Origin: Bacteroidales bacterium
GTDB taxonomy: Bacteria > Bacteroidota > Bacteroidia > Bacteroidales > UBA4417
Length of the DNA stretch: 64,000 nucleotides
Direction: 5' to 3'
NCBI GenBank assembly: GCA_038212135.1
Contig: JBBQUX010000002.1
Span: forward strand, 966 to 64,965
Part shown: piece by piece, positions 38,196 to 47,974 of the stretch
Numbering within the stretch: position 1 is the stretch's first letter
Layout of the letters: the number at the start of each line of letters is the position of its first letter
Translations under genes and position numbers: made by a program
Notes under the pieces: model-generated
What the model was told of the DNA's origin: nothing
Databases searched by the model: none
What the model saw: the letters and a program-made list of their open reading frames with translations, nothing else

Positions 38196-38708
38196 ATGAA
38201 ACCGAAAAATAACATATCAGAACAAACAAGTGAAAACGACTTCCTTTCGCCATTGCCCGAATCAGCAAAAACGGAAGCGAATGGATATAAAGTGCCTGAT
38301 GGATATTTTGACTCATTAGGTTCCAGGATAACTGACAGAATAATACTGGAAGAAAACAAAGCTTTTAAAAAATCGCAGATACCGGTATTCAGGAAACCTG
38401 CCTTGTGGGCACCTTTGCTGGCCACATCAATTGTGGCAGTATTACTGGTGTTTGTTATTCCTGCAAAAAAGACAGCGACAATACCGGCAACCGACGAATG
38501 GAATGAAATTAACATGGCTTACGATGCCTCGTATGCTCAAGAGGTACTTTTTACCGAAAGCAACAGCATGGACTTTGAATTGGAAAATGCCGTAATAAGC
38601 CTCAGCGAATCAAACACATCAAAAGGAATAAATGAAATTACTGATGATGAAATCACTGATTACCTCAAAGATCAGGAATTAGATCTTGATATGATAACCT
38701 ATAAATAA
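38196..38708 (+). CDS. Putative anti-sigma factor or membrane protein.
   Basis: 170 aa with a single TM segment (ALWAPLLATSIVAVLLVFVI). It sits directly downstream of the ECF sigma gene, so the call rests on position only. Confidence 0.45.
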   Translation: MKPKNNISEQTSENDFLSPLPESAKTEANGYKVPDGYFDSLGSRITDRIILEENKAFKKSQIPVFRKPALWAPLLATSIVAVLLVFVIPAKKTATIPATDEWNEINMAYDASYAQEVLFTESNSMDFELENAVISLSESNTSKGINEITDDEITDYLKDQELDLDMITYK

Positions 38709-38718
38709 CCTGAAGATC

Positions 38719-39234
38719 ATGAAAACGTATATTTCGAAAATCACAACCTTAAGCCTGCTCATTATAATGGTGTTATTAGCACAAACCAGTTTTGTTTATG
38801 CGCAACAGGAAAAGTACCCAGACAGGCAGAAAGGAAACCGCCAGAAACCAAATCGCGAAAAAGTTGAAGCTCAACGCGTTGCCTTTATCACACAGGAACT
38901 TGATCTCACACCTGACGAGGCTAAAGTATTCTGGCCTGTATATAATGAATACGATAAGAAGCGCCATGAATTGAAAAAAGCATTCAAAAATGCTGGTAAC
39001 TTTCATAAACCTGAGATCGAAAAACTAACTGAAAAAGAAGCGGTGCAAATTCTTGATAACCAGATTATCGAAGCACAGAAACTCCTGGATTTACGTAAAG
39101 AATACCATATCAGGTTCAAATCAGTACTCCCGGCTGTTAAAGTATTGCAATTGTACGATGCCGAGCGTGAATTTCAGAAAATGCTTATCGACAGGCTGCG
39201 TCAGCACAACCCGCCACCACAGCCAAAAAAATAG
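38719..39234 (+). CDS. Periplasmic Spy/CpxP-like helical protein.
   Basis: 171 aa with a signal peptide and a charged helical body containing DLTPDEAKVFWPVYNEY. It is the third gene of the ECF module. Confidence 0.5.
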   Translation: MKTYISKITTLSLLIIMVLLAQTSFVYAQQEKYPDRQKGNRQKPNREKVEAQRVAFITQELDLTPDEAKVFWPVYNEYDKKRHELKKAFKNAGNFHKPEIEKLTEKEAVQILDNQIIEAQKLLDLRKEYHIRFKSVLPAVKVLQLYDAEREFQKMLIDRLRQHNPPPQPKK

Positions 39235-39252
39235 TGGATGGTTGAACAAATC

Positions 39253-39291
39253 AAAAAAAAAAGGTTGACCGAAACAGTCAACCTTTTTTTT
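39253..39291. terminator. Bidirectional intrinsic terminator between the ECF operon and rho.
   Basis: A10-GGTTGAC-CGAAACA-GTCAACC-T8 has a perfect 7-bp GC-containing stem extended by A/T-run pairing. The runs serve both strands. Confidence 0.75.
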
Positions 39292-39327
39292 GTGTGGAAC
39301 TTTATAGCCGTAGGTTTCAATTTTATT

Positions 39328-41421
39328 TTAGCTATTCATCGATACCAGGAATTCCTCATTGGTTTGTGTAAATTTCATCTTATCTTTCAGGAAATCCATG
39401 GCTTCAATAGGATTCATATCGGCCAGGTGGTTACGAAGTACCCAAAGGCGTTGTAACACATCCTTTTCGAGAAGCAGATCATCGCGGCGGGTGCTCGAAG
39501 CAACAATGTCCACAGCCGGGAAAATACGTTTATTCGAAAGCTTGCGGTCGAGCTGAAGTTCCATATTACCGGTTCCCTTGAATTCTTCAAAAATTACTTC
39601 GTCCATACGCGAACCGGTTTCGGTAAGTGCCGTGGCTATGATTGTGAGCGATCCGCCGTTTTCAATCTGCCGTGCAGCACCAAAGAATCGTTTAGGTTTT
39701 TGAAGCGCATTGGCTTCAACACCGCCCGAGAGTACTTTTCCGGAAGCAGGTGCTACAGTATTATAAGCTCTTGCCAAACGTGTAATTGAGTCGAGCAGGA
39801 TTACAACATCATGACCGCATTCTGTAAGGCGTTTTGCTTTTTCGAGAACCAGGTTTGCAATCCGCACATGCCGATCGGCCGGTTCGTCGAAAGTGGATGA
39901 AATTACCTCAGCCTTTACATTTCGGGCCATATCGGTAACTTCCTCAGGACGTTCGTCTATCAGCAATACAATAAGGTATGCCTCGGGGTGATTATATGCG
40001 ATTGCGTTGGCAATTTCTTTAAGTAATACTGTTTTACCTGTTTTTGGCTGAGCTACAATAAGTCCGCGCTGACCTTTACCAATCGGGCTGAAAAGATCTA
40101 TTATTCGGGTACTCAGGCTTGAGCCGGGATGGCCGGTTAGTTTGAATTTCTTTTCAGGAAACAAAGGGGTAAGGTAATCGAAGGGAATACGGTCGCGGAT
40201 TTCCTCGGGAAGTTTACCATTGATAGTTTCCACTTTTACCAGCGGGAAATATTTTTCACCCTCTTTTGGGGGTCTGATAGTACCTTTAACGGTATCGCCG
40301 GTTTTAAGTCCGAATAATTTTATCTGCGATTGCGAAACATAAACATCATCAGGCGAACTCAGGTAATTGTAATCGGATGAACGAAGGAATCCATATCCAT
40401 CGGGCATCATTTCGAGAACTCCTTCGCAGGAGACAATTCCTTCAAATTCCCACGAAAAATCTTCACGTACTGGTTGTTGCTGTGGCCTGCGATCGCCATT
40501 GCGATCAGTATTCCGGTCGTTACGATCGTTGCGATTATAACGCATGTCGCGACTGATATCGTTGGGCCTCTGCTGATCCATTCTTACATTTCCATTGGGA
40601 TCAGGAAGTTCCTCTGTATCCTCTTCCGAAACCATTTCGTGGGTACTCAGAATTTCTGCATCAGGTTCTTTAAAATCAAACGCAGGGATAAACTCATCGG
40701 GAATAACAACCTTTTCCTCCATAATGGCGGCATCGTCTTCCTGAACAGCAGCACGTGGTGTAGGTTTCCAGCCATTGCCTCTTACAGGGCGCTCCAAACG
40801 AACCGGAGGAACAATTGGTTCTTCTCCTTCAGCTGCAGGGGTTGTCTTAACTTCGTCCCTGTCCTGTGGACGGCGGCCACGGCGGCGACGCTCATGAAAT
40901 TCCTGCATTTCCCAAGCAGGAACATTTGATGAAGCCGGACGCTCAAACGATTTTACGGAAGGTGTATCATCGTCATTATTATTGGCATCCCTGTTATAAG
41001 GACGGTTTGATTCATATGGACGCCTGGCAGGAATTACTGTAGCTTTAGGTTCAACTGGTTTGATTACCTCTTTTACTTCAGGGATTTCAACCGGAGTTTC
41101 TACTGCTTTTTCCAAGGGAAGTTCTGGTTTTTCGACCTTCACCATATCAGGTGGGATTGCAGGCTTGGGCTTGACATCCACTTTTTGGATATCTTTTATT
41201 TTTTCGATCGGGATACGCTGACGGGGACCTTTCTGAGGGAAAACCCGTGATTTCTTTTCTGCCTCCAGAATGTCGGGAGTGGGATTTGCTGCCTGGTGGT
41301 CGAGTATCATATAAACCAGGTCTTGTTTTTTCAAAGTTTCGCTTTTGCGGATGTTAAACTGCTTGGCAATTTCACGTAATTCATTGAGCAGCTTACCTTC
41401 GAGTTCGCTTTTATCGTACAT
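39328..41421 (-). CDS. rho: Transcription termination factor Rho with an N-terminal insertion of about 277 aa.
   Basis: 697 aa. It has a Rho_N helix ([22 protein letters not shown]), a CSD-like RNA-binding region ([14 protein letters not shown]) and Walker A (QPKTGKT). The core is Rho-like to the end. Confidence 0.95.
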   Translation of the reverse strand: MYDKSELEGKLLNELREIAKQFNIRKSETLKKQDLVYMILDHQAANPTPDILEAEKKSRVFPQKGPRQRIPIEKIKDIQKVDVKPKPAIPPDMVKVEKPELPLEKAVETPVEIPEVKEVIKPVEPKATVIPARRPYESNRPYNRDANNNDDDTPSVKSFERPASSNVPAWEMQEFHERRRRGRRPQDRDEVKTTPAAEGEEPIVPPVRLERPVRGNGWKPTPRAAVQEDDAAIMEEKVVIPDEFIPAFDFKEPDAEILSTHEMVSEEDTEELPDPNGNVRMDQQRPNDISRDMRYNRNDRNDRNTDRNGDRRPQQQPVREDFSWEFEGIVSCEGVLEMMPDGYGFLRSSDYNYLSSPDDVYVSQSQIKLFGLKTGDTVKGTIRPPKEGEKYFPLVKVETINGKLPEEIRDRIPFDYLTPLFPEKKFKLTGHPGSSLSTRIIDLFSPIGKGQRGLIVAQPKTGKTVLLKEIANAIAYNHPEAYLIVLLIDERPEEVTDMARNVKAEVISSTFDEPADRHVRIANLVLEKAKRLTECGHDVVILLDSITRLARAYNTVAPASGKVLSGGVEANALQKPKRFFGAARQIENGGSLTIIATALTETGSRMDEVIFEEFKGTGNMELQLDRKLSNKRIFPAVDIVASSTRRDDLLLEKDVLQRLWVLRNHLADMNPIEAMDFLKDKMKFTQTNEEFLVSMNS

Positions 41422-41567
41422 GCGAATTGGGTTGATTGGACGAATAAATGGGAGTTTAAATCGTATTAATTATACATTATACTTTCATGTGAAAACCTGA
41501 AAAAGGGATGTTGAATAATTACCGCGAAGATTCAGGAAAATTCAGAGTGGATTGTATTAAAACTGTG

Positions 41568-41575
41568 CAAATATA
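41568..41575 (-). promoter_or_regulatory. Candidate -7 box (TATATTTG) for rho.
   Basis: The minus strand has TATATTTG (fits TAnnTTTG) about 145 nt upstream of the rho ATG. No clear -33 TTG is present. This is pattern match only. Confidence 0.25.
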
Positions 41576-41705
41576 TGAATGTTTTTTGGATTTGAATCAT
41601 TTGTTTAAAATTTCTTTTGAAACAAAAAAAAGTTTTTTCTTTGATCGTTAATAAAGACCTGGAGTTGTATAAATTCGCAGACTGTAATATTTCACTCTCC
41701 CGGTT

Positions 41706-42371
41706 ATGGCTTCAACCCAGTTTACTGACACATTCAGGCACAAAGGATTACGTAAAAAACTCATCGATTTGCTTCGTACCAAAGGCATTACGGACGATAA
41801 TGTGTTGAATGCAATGAATATAATTCCCCGTCACTTTTTTTTCGATTCTTCGTTTCTGGAGTTTGCCTACGAGGATAAAGCGTTCCCTATTGGATCGGGA
41901 CAAACCATATCACAACCCTATACCGTTGCTTTTCAAACTGAACTTTTAAAGGTTGAAAAAGGAATGCGTATTCTGGAAGTGGGAACAGGATCGGGATATC
42001 AGGCAAGTGTGCTGGCCGAAATGGGAGCAAGAGTACTTACTATCGAGCGTCAAAAACTTCTGTTCGAAACATTAAAATCACTTTATCCCCCGCTCAACTA
42101 CCGCATCAGATTATTTTACGGTGACGGGTATGCCGGGTTGCCCGCACATGCTCCTTTCGACAGGATACTTATTACAGCAGCAGCTCCTTTTATCCCCGAA
42201 GCACTTGTGAACCAACTGAAAACCGGCGGTATTTTAGTTGCTCCTGTTGGCAAAAACGATGTTCAGATAATGACCCGCATTACAAAAATTTCTGATACCG
42301 AAGTAACATCTGAAACTCATGGGAGTTTCCGATTTGTTCCTATGCTTACTGATAAGGCACAGGATGTTTAA
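41706..42371 (+). CDS. pcm: Protein-L-isoaspartate O-methyltransferase.
   Basis: 221 aa with ISQPYTVAFQTELL and the SAM motif ILEVGTGSGYQASVLA. Confidence 0.9.
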   Translation: MASTQFTDTFRHKGLRKKLIDLLRTKGITDDNVLNAMNIIPRHFFFDSSFLEFAYEDKAFPIGSGQTISQPYTVAFQTELLKVEKGMRILEVGTGSGYQASVLAEMGARVLTIERQKLLFETLKSLYPPLNYRIRLFYGDGYAGLPAHAPFDRILITAAAPFIPEALVNQLKTGGILVAPVGKNDVQIMTRITKISDTEVTSETHGSFRFVPMLTDKAQDV

Positions 42372-42383
42372 TCAGGGTTTGTA

Positions 42384-42470
42384 GTTTGAATCTGGAATCT
42401 GGAATCTGGAATCTGGGACTTTGAATTTGGAATTTGGATCTTGGAATTTGAGTCCTGGGTTCCGAATCCC
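42384..42470 (+). repeat. Degenerate 8-bp tandem array (GGAATCTG / GGAATTTG type).
   Basis: The array reads TTGAATCTGGAATCTGGAATCTGGAATCTGGGACTTTGAATTTGGAATTTGGATCTTGGAATTTGAGTCCTGGGTTCCGAATCC. It sits between the convergent stops of pcm and the 257-aa lipoprotein gene. Confidence 0.85.
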
Positions 42471-42495
42471 GTGAAGACGAACAAAAATCAAAAAC

Positions 42496-43269
42496 CTACC
42501 TGATAGTTACAGTTACCTTCTCAGCAATATGCAGAGCAGTGGTTATGGTGGTAAGATCAGTATATAAATCTCCTGTTTTCCCTGCATAGTGACTATGGCC
42601 AACAGGTTTCATTTCAACTTTTTCAGCGGTATTTTCCAGATCAATAATTGCTGAATAAACTACGGCAGGCTGGCAGGAACTTTTATATTCCATATCATCG
42701 GGATAAAGAGTATTTGTCCAGTACTCGTTCCAATCCCAGGGCTGGTTAATTTCAAACATGATTTTCACCTTATTTTTTAAAGGATTGTCTGTTTTGGAAG
42801 CAAGCCTGAAACTTCCTGTCGGTGTTGCTCCCGAATATGCATCAGGTACTTTATTCGTTGGGGTTGGCACCAGAATTCCATCTGTTTCGATTCCTCTTTT
42901 ATGTGCCCAATATGGCAAGGCTGCAGGCCTCATCACTTCACCGGGTTTCCAGGTGCCGTCAGATTTATCGCCGTGTTTATAGATTCCCTGTCCAAAAGAC
43001 TGTGTTACGAATAGTGTTTGAATATAAATACCGTTGGTATCTTCAATCCAAATGGCAAAGGTAGGATGATTGTGGGCTTTGCCTTTCCTCATTTCGATTT
43101 CAAGTAACCTGCCGGTTCCTCCCTGATTGCTTGTTACAAGGATTATTGAATCGGCCTTACGCCCTTTTGAACTTTTCCCTTCACTTCCCGGTTTACAGGA
43201 ATACATGCTGAAAATGGTTATAAGACCAGGTAGCAGTATCGACAGCAATATAGGTGAGTATTTTTTCAT
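42496..43269 (-). CDS. Lipoprotein of unknown function, possibly DUF2271-like.
   Basis: 257 aa with lipobox FSMYSC. The block HNHPTFAIWIEDTNG resembles the DUF2271 core as I remember it, unverified. It lies 13 bp downstream of the outer-membrane receptor gene. Confidence 0.45.
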   Translation of the reverse strand: MKKYSPILLSILLPGLITIFSMYSCKPGSEGKSSKGRKADSIILVTSNQGGTGRLLEIEMRKGKAHNHPTFAIWIEDTNGIYIQTLFVTQSFGQGIYKHGDKSDGTWKPGEVMRPAALPYWAHKRGIETDGILVPTPTNKVPDAYSGATPTGSFRLASKTDNPLKNKVKIMFEINQPWDWNEYWTNTLYPDDMEYKSSCQPAVVYSAIIDLENTAEKVEMKPVGHSHYAGKTGDLYTDLTTITTALHIAEKVTVTIR

Positions 43270-43281
43270 AGCTCTTCGGTA

Positions 43282-45690
43282 TTAAAGTTCAACAATTATT
43301 CCAATGGTTGGCAGCACAGTTCCTGATTCACTTGGCAGGTATTTAAGCACATAACGCGTTGGATCGTCTGCATTAATTATTGGCTGACCACTGGCATCAG
43401 TGTCCTGTAACAATATATCGGGTTGCTTTGCCTTAAAGTTGTAGAGGTTCTGAATATCGAGGTACACATTGAGTGTCCATTTTTTGAAAAAATACTCTTT
43501 ATCCACCCTTAAGTCAAGTTGTTGGAAATTATTGAGCCTGTTTGTATTATACATATTGTAATCGAGATATCCCTGCCCCTTTGCATCCCAGGCTTCGATA
43601 AGCGAAGAGCGATCAACATCATAAGGTGTGTAAGGCGCACCTCCTACAAAGCGCCATTTAATCCCTATATCCCAGTTTCTTTTCAGTGAGGCAAGAGCAG
43701 TAGCATTCAGAATACTCCTGTTATCCCAGGCCGAAGGAATTAAAACTCCCTTTTTATCTTCGAAAGAAGAACGCACCCAGGTGTATGAAACCGTTACATC
43801 AAATATACTGCTGAGCTTTTCGCGATAGAATATTTCGGCACCCCAGGCTTTTCCTTTCGAAGTTGGTATAACTCCTTCATCGCCTGCAACACCAAAATCG
43901 GCACCTTTGCTGGCCAGCGAAACAGAGTCGCGTAGCGAAAAAGGATAATAATCATAGATTTTGTAGAATCCTTCGACAGTAATTTTTGATTTGTCATTTC
44001 GCCTGAAATCAATTCCTGCAACAAAATGATCGGCCTGTATGTATCTTAATCCATTTGACCTATTTAATAACTCACCATCAGGCAGTCTATAACCCAGTGT
44101 AGTATATGCCGGAAGCTGGTAATACCTTCCTATATTAAAATTAAGCATAAGTTTCGGAGTAAGTGACCATGATGCTGAAACCCTGGGCGAAACCTGCTTC
44201 AATAGATTCGACATATCCGAAGAGTAGTTATTAGCATCCGAACGTATTCCGAGCGAAAGCAGAAGACGGTCATTTATATATCCTTTGCTGACCTGGCCAA
44301 AAAGATTCAATTTGAAAAAATTCAGATCCGACGAATAATTTATTTCTGTAACTGTATCTTCTCCTGCCGGAATAAAAACCCTTTGAAATGTATTATTGAT
44401 ATATTTAGCATATTCCGTGCCGGCACCATAAGTTATTTTATATCCGTTTTTACGGGTAACTTCTTCGTAGCGTAATTTATTTTCAATTTCATAAGATGAA
44501 TAATCAATGGTTTTATTAGCCGGATCGCTATCATCATTATTAAGATACTTTGATGCTTCATTATACAGCATATTGCGGCTGATGATAAGGGTACTGTATG
44601 AGTTTTCGCGGTAGTGGCGGTAGTTGGCGCCTATTGCATAATTCCACTGGTTGTTTACAGGCAGGTAATCGAGTATATATTGTTGTTCTTCAGTAGGATT
44701 TTTAAGGCCGGTGTTCAGCGTAAATTTATCGAGAGCTCCAATACTGATTATTGTAAGTTCGTTGTGAACATCGAATTTTGTTTTCACTTTAAGTGTATAA
44801 TCGGTAAAGGTTGGCAGGAAAGGCAACCCTATTGCACTAAAAAGAAACTGCAAATAAGACCTTCGGACCGAAAAGAGAACGTTTGTTTTATCGCTCACAG
44901 GGCCATTTATACTGAATGCGGTTTCGCTGGCTCCAAGTGTAGCTCTGTAAACCATACGGTCGGGATTTCCATCAATAAGTTTCATATCAATAACCGAACT
45001 TAATGTATTTCCCCGGCTGGCCGGAAATGCACCCGAGTAGAAATCAACTTCGCGCAGAAAATCAGTGTTTATTATACCAACCGGACCACCCGAAGCACCT
45101 TGGGTTGCAAAGTGATTAAGGTTCGGAATTTCGATGCCATCAAGTAAAAATCTGTTTTCCGAGGGACCGCCACCTCTTACAATAATATCGTTTCGAAACG
45201 AAACTGATGAAGCTACACCAGGCAGAGACTGTATTACCTTTGAAACATCGCGGTTCGATCCGGGGCTTTTCTCAATTTGTGAAATGCCTAACGATTTCAG
45301 AGACACAGGACTTTCCTCAACGCGTTTGAAAACTGAAGCCGTAACTTCAACGCCGCTGATCTGCACCGCAACCTCAGTCATAGCGATATCGAGCGAGGCA
45401 ATTTTGGCATTTGTTATCAGAATTTCTTCGGTCATTACCCTGTCAAAGCCTACCGAAGTAGCCTCAAGTTTAACATACCCCGGTTTCAGTCCCGTAAACA
45501 GGAAATTACCATCGAAGTCGCTCACTGAGCCAATTGTTGTGCCACTGATTATTATATTGGTAAAAGGTAAAGGGTCGTTATTTTTAACATTATAAACCCT
45601 GCCTTTAATGGAACCGGTTTGAGCTGTTGCGCCAATAGATAAAAAGACTAAAAAAAGAAAAAGAAATGATTTGATGTTCATATTTAGCAT
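43282..45690 (-). CDS. TonB-dependent-receptor-like outer-membrane protein (CarboxypepD_reg domain, plug and beta-barrel).
   Basis: 802 aa with a signal peptide. The N-terminus GSIKGRVYNVKNNDPLPFTNIII...SDFDGNFLF is a carboxypeptidase-regulatory-like domain. It has a plug-like region (SLPGVAS...IIVRGG) and a long beta-rich C-terminus. There is no terminal aromatic residue, so it is atypical. Confidence 0.65.
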   Translation of the reverse strand: MLNMNIKSFLFLFLVFLSIGATAQTGSIKGRVYNVKNNDPLPFTNIIISGTTIGSVSDFDGNFLFTGLKPGYVKLEATSVGFDRVMTEEILITNAKIASLDIAMTEVAVQISGVEVTASVFKRVEESPVSLKSLGISQIEKSPGSNRDVSKVIQSLPGVASSVSFRNDIIVRGGGPSENRFLLDGIEIPNLNHFATQGASGGPVGIINTDFLREVDFYSGAFPASRGNTLSSVIDMKLIDGNPDRMVYRATLGASETAFSINGPVSDKTNVLFSVRRSYLQFLFSAIGLPFLPTFTDYTLKVKTKFDVHNELTIISIGALDKFTLNTGLKNPTEEQQYILDYLPVNNQWNYAIGANYRHYRENSYSTLIISRNMLYNEASKYLNNDDSDPANKTIDYSSYEIENKLRYEEVTRKNGYKITYGAGTEYAKYINNTFQRVFIPAGEDTVTEINYSSDLNFFKLNLFGQVSKGYINDRLLLSLGIRSDANNYSSDMSNLLKQVSPRVSASWSLTPKLMLNFNIGRYYQLPAYTTLGYRLPDGELLNRSNGLRYIQADHFVAGIDFRRNDKSKITVEGFYKIYDYYPFSLRDSVSLASKGADFGVAGDEGVIPTSKGKAWGAEIFYREKLSSIFDVTVSYTWVRSSFEDKKGVLIPSAWDNRSILNATALASLKRNWDIGIKWRFVGGAPYTPYDVDRSSLIEAWDAKGQGYLDYNMYNTNRLNNFQQLDLRVDKEYFFKKWTLNVYLDIQNLYNFKAKQPDILLQDTDASGQPIINADDPTRYVLKYLPSESGTVLPTIGIIVEL

Positions 45691-45791
45691 TGTTTAATCA
45701 AACTAATAAAAAGTTAGACAATACCTAAACATCGGAATTAAAAAATTGTTTAGCCGGTATTAAAATAAATTCCAGAAAGTTAGAATAATAT

Positions 45792-46508
45792 CTACTGGGG
45801 CATGACCCACATCTGAATCTGCATTGCTTTTGTAGTTCCCGCTACGAGAATAAAAGGTTCCGGAAATGGATTTAGAATGGTGCCTTTGCCGTACCAACCG
45901 AAGAAATCGCCGGTGTTAATTGTATTGCCAAAGTCAGTATCTTTCCATATATCAAGATAATAAGTACCCACGGGAACATTATCGAACCGGAAACTCACAA
46001 TCGGCCCAAATCCTTCGGTATTAACCGCTGTATAAACGATATGGTTAATCCAGTTTTCCTTACTGGTAAAAAGTCTCACTTTAGAACCGGCCAGGTTAAA
46101 GTCAATTCCTGAAGGCAAAGCGGCAACTCCTGTTATTTGCGCAGTAGTATCATTTTTGACAACCACAAGCCTGATGCTGTCGTTCGCCTGGTTGCCATCT
46201 TTATCGGCAACCAATACCTGGGCAACGTAAATACCTGGCTGATCGGGTGCATCCCAGGTAACAGTATCACCGACTCCAGCAATGGAACCACCATTTGTAG
46301 TATAATAATATACAAGATTTTCGTCATCTCCATCGGTGACTACCAACTGAATCATAGCTGTACCACCAACTGCAACCGTGTCAGGATCGACATCAATCGA
46401 CTTGATAACAGGAACATAGGTTATTTTGTCGTTACAACCTGCAAACAGTAAAACTGATAAAGTAACTGCCAAAAGCAGCAGTGTAGTTTTTGAGTTAAGT
46501 GATTTCAT
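45792..46508 (-). CDS. Lipoprotein with an Ig-like domain, unknown function.
   Basis: The ATG at 46508 gives MKSLNSKTTLLLLAVTLSVLLFAGC (lipobox); the track start at 46538 is TTG. It is the first gene of the lipoprotein, receptor, lipoprotein trio. Confidence 0.6.
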   Translation of the reverse strand: MKSLNSKTTLLLLAVTLSVLLFAGCNDKITYVPVIKSIDVDPDTVAVGGTAMIQLVVTDGDDENLVYYYTTNGGSIAGVGDTVTWDAPDQPGIYVAQVLVADKDGNQANDSIRLVVVKNDTTAQITGVAALPSGIDFNLAGSKVRLFTSKENWINHIVYTAVNTEGFGPIVSFRFDNVPVGTYYLDIWKDTDFGNTINTGDFFGWYGKGTILNPFPEPFILVAGTTKAMQIQMWVMPQ

Positions 46509-46580
46509 GACTGGATTATTGAGAAAGATTGGGTGCAAATTAAAGAAATTTCAGCTTTGTATATACGAAAGTACTGATTT

Positions 46581-47522
46581 TTAGCCATTTTTTTTATAAT
46601 AATGCAAACTCAGGTATTTACTGGCTTTATCAAGGTTTATCTTTAGTCCGTCTTCACCTTCGAGCCAGAAGATTTTAATTCCATTGTTTTCCATTCGCCT
46701 GAACCATGTCATCTGGCGTTTCGCAAACTGGTGAATCGCCGTATTCAGCAAAGTAAACATCTCGTTATAATTGAGTTCACCAACCAGAAACATTGTAATA
46801 TACTTATATTCAAGACCATACATTTTAAGCCGGTTCTCGTCAATTCCATTCGCAAGCAAACGCCTAACTTCTTCAACCATCCCTTCCTCCAATCGCTGAA
46901 CCAAACGGGTTGTGATGCGATGTCGTATCGTTTTGCGATCGAATCGAATACCGATTACAGGTGTGTTGAGGAATACATTTGCCTGTGGATGATTTCTTTT
47001 ATCTAATTTGTATTTTTCAATTTCTATGGCTCTTACCATTCTTTCGCGGTCAAGGATGTCAGTGGTATTGTGAAGCTTTCGAAATTTCTTCAACATGGCA
47101 ACAAGTTCGATATCCGAATATTCCGAAAGTTCGTGCCTGAGCATTAGGTTAACCGGAGCTTCTATAAAATCATACCCCTGCAATATTGCTTCGAGATACA
47201 TTCCGGTACCGCCGCACATCAGAGGAGTTTTATCCCCTGACAAAATTGAATTCCATACGGATTGAAAATCACGCTGAAACTGAAACACATTATATTCTGA
47301 ACCTGGTTCGGCAATATCAATTAAATGCGAAGGGATTAGCTGCCCGCCAACTGTATAATCTGCTATATCTTTTCCTGTTCCTATGTCCATGCCACGATAT
47401 ACCTGCCGCGAATCAGCACTGATAATTTCGGCATCAAGCGATAAAGCAAGATTAGCTGCAAATATAGTTTTCCCAACAGCAGTAGGGCCCAGAACGGTAA
47501 CCAGTTGAAATTTTGTACTCAT
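46581..47522 (-). CDS. miaA: tRNA dimethylallyltransferase.
   Basis: 313 aa with P-loop GPTAVGKT, then SADSRQVYRGMDIGTGK and GGTGMYLEA. Confidence 0.9.
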   Translation of the reverse strand: MSTKFQLVTVLGPTAVGKTIFAANLALSLDAEIISADSRQVYRGMDIGTGKDIADYTVGGQLIPSHLIDIAEPGSEYNVFQFQRDFQSVWNSILSGDKTPLMCGGTGMYLEAILQGYDFIEAPVNLMLRHELSEYSDIELVAMLKKFRKLHNTTDILDRERMVRAIEIEKYKLDKRNHPQANVFLNTPVIGIRFDRKTIRHRITTRLVQRLEEGMVEEVRRLLANGIDENRLKMYGLEYKYITMFLVGELNYNEMFTLLNTAIHQFAKRQMTWFRRMENNGIKIFWLEGEDGLKINLDKASKYLSLHYYKKNG

Positions 47523-47574
47523 AGGGCAAAGATCGGAAAAATCGAGGTATTATTATTTTTTGAGCAAAAATCGG

Positions 47575-47900
47575 GGAATGTGATAATTCGACAATTCGGC
47601 AATTCGATAATTCGGCAATTCGGTAATGTGATAATGTGATAATGTGATAATTCGGCAATTCGATAATTCGGCAATTCGGCAATTCGGTAATTCGGCAATT
47701 CAATAATGTGATAATGTGATAATGTGATAATTCGGCAATTCGGCAATTCGATAATTCGGCAATTCGGTAATTCAATAATGTGATAATGTGATAATGCGAT
47801 AATGTGATAATTCGGCAATTCGGCAATTCGGTAATTCGATAATTCGGCAATTCGGTAATTCGGTAATGTGATAATCCGGAAATTAGGAAATTAGGAAATA
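47575..47900 (-). repeat. Tandem array of about 40 octamers, the reverse complement of the 30334-30766 family, ending in 3 copies of TAGGAAAT.
   Basis: The plus strand reads GTGATAAT, TCGGCAAT and TCGATAAT units, that is ATTATCAC / ATTGCCGA on the minus strand. It starts about 50 bp upstream of the miaA ATG. Confidence 0.95.
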
Positions 47901-47974
47901 ATGCGGACATGGGATGATGTGAAACTTTGGCTTATGAAAATCTTCAAAAACGCACTTCGGCTCAATGCCCGGCT

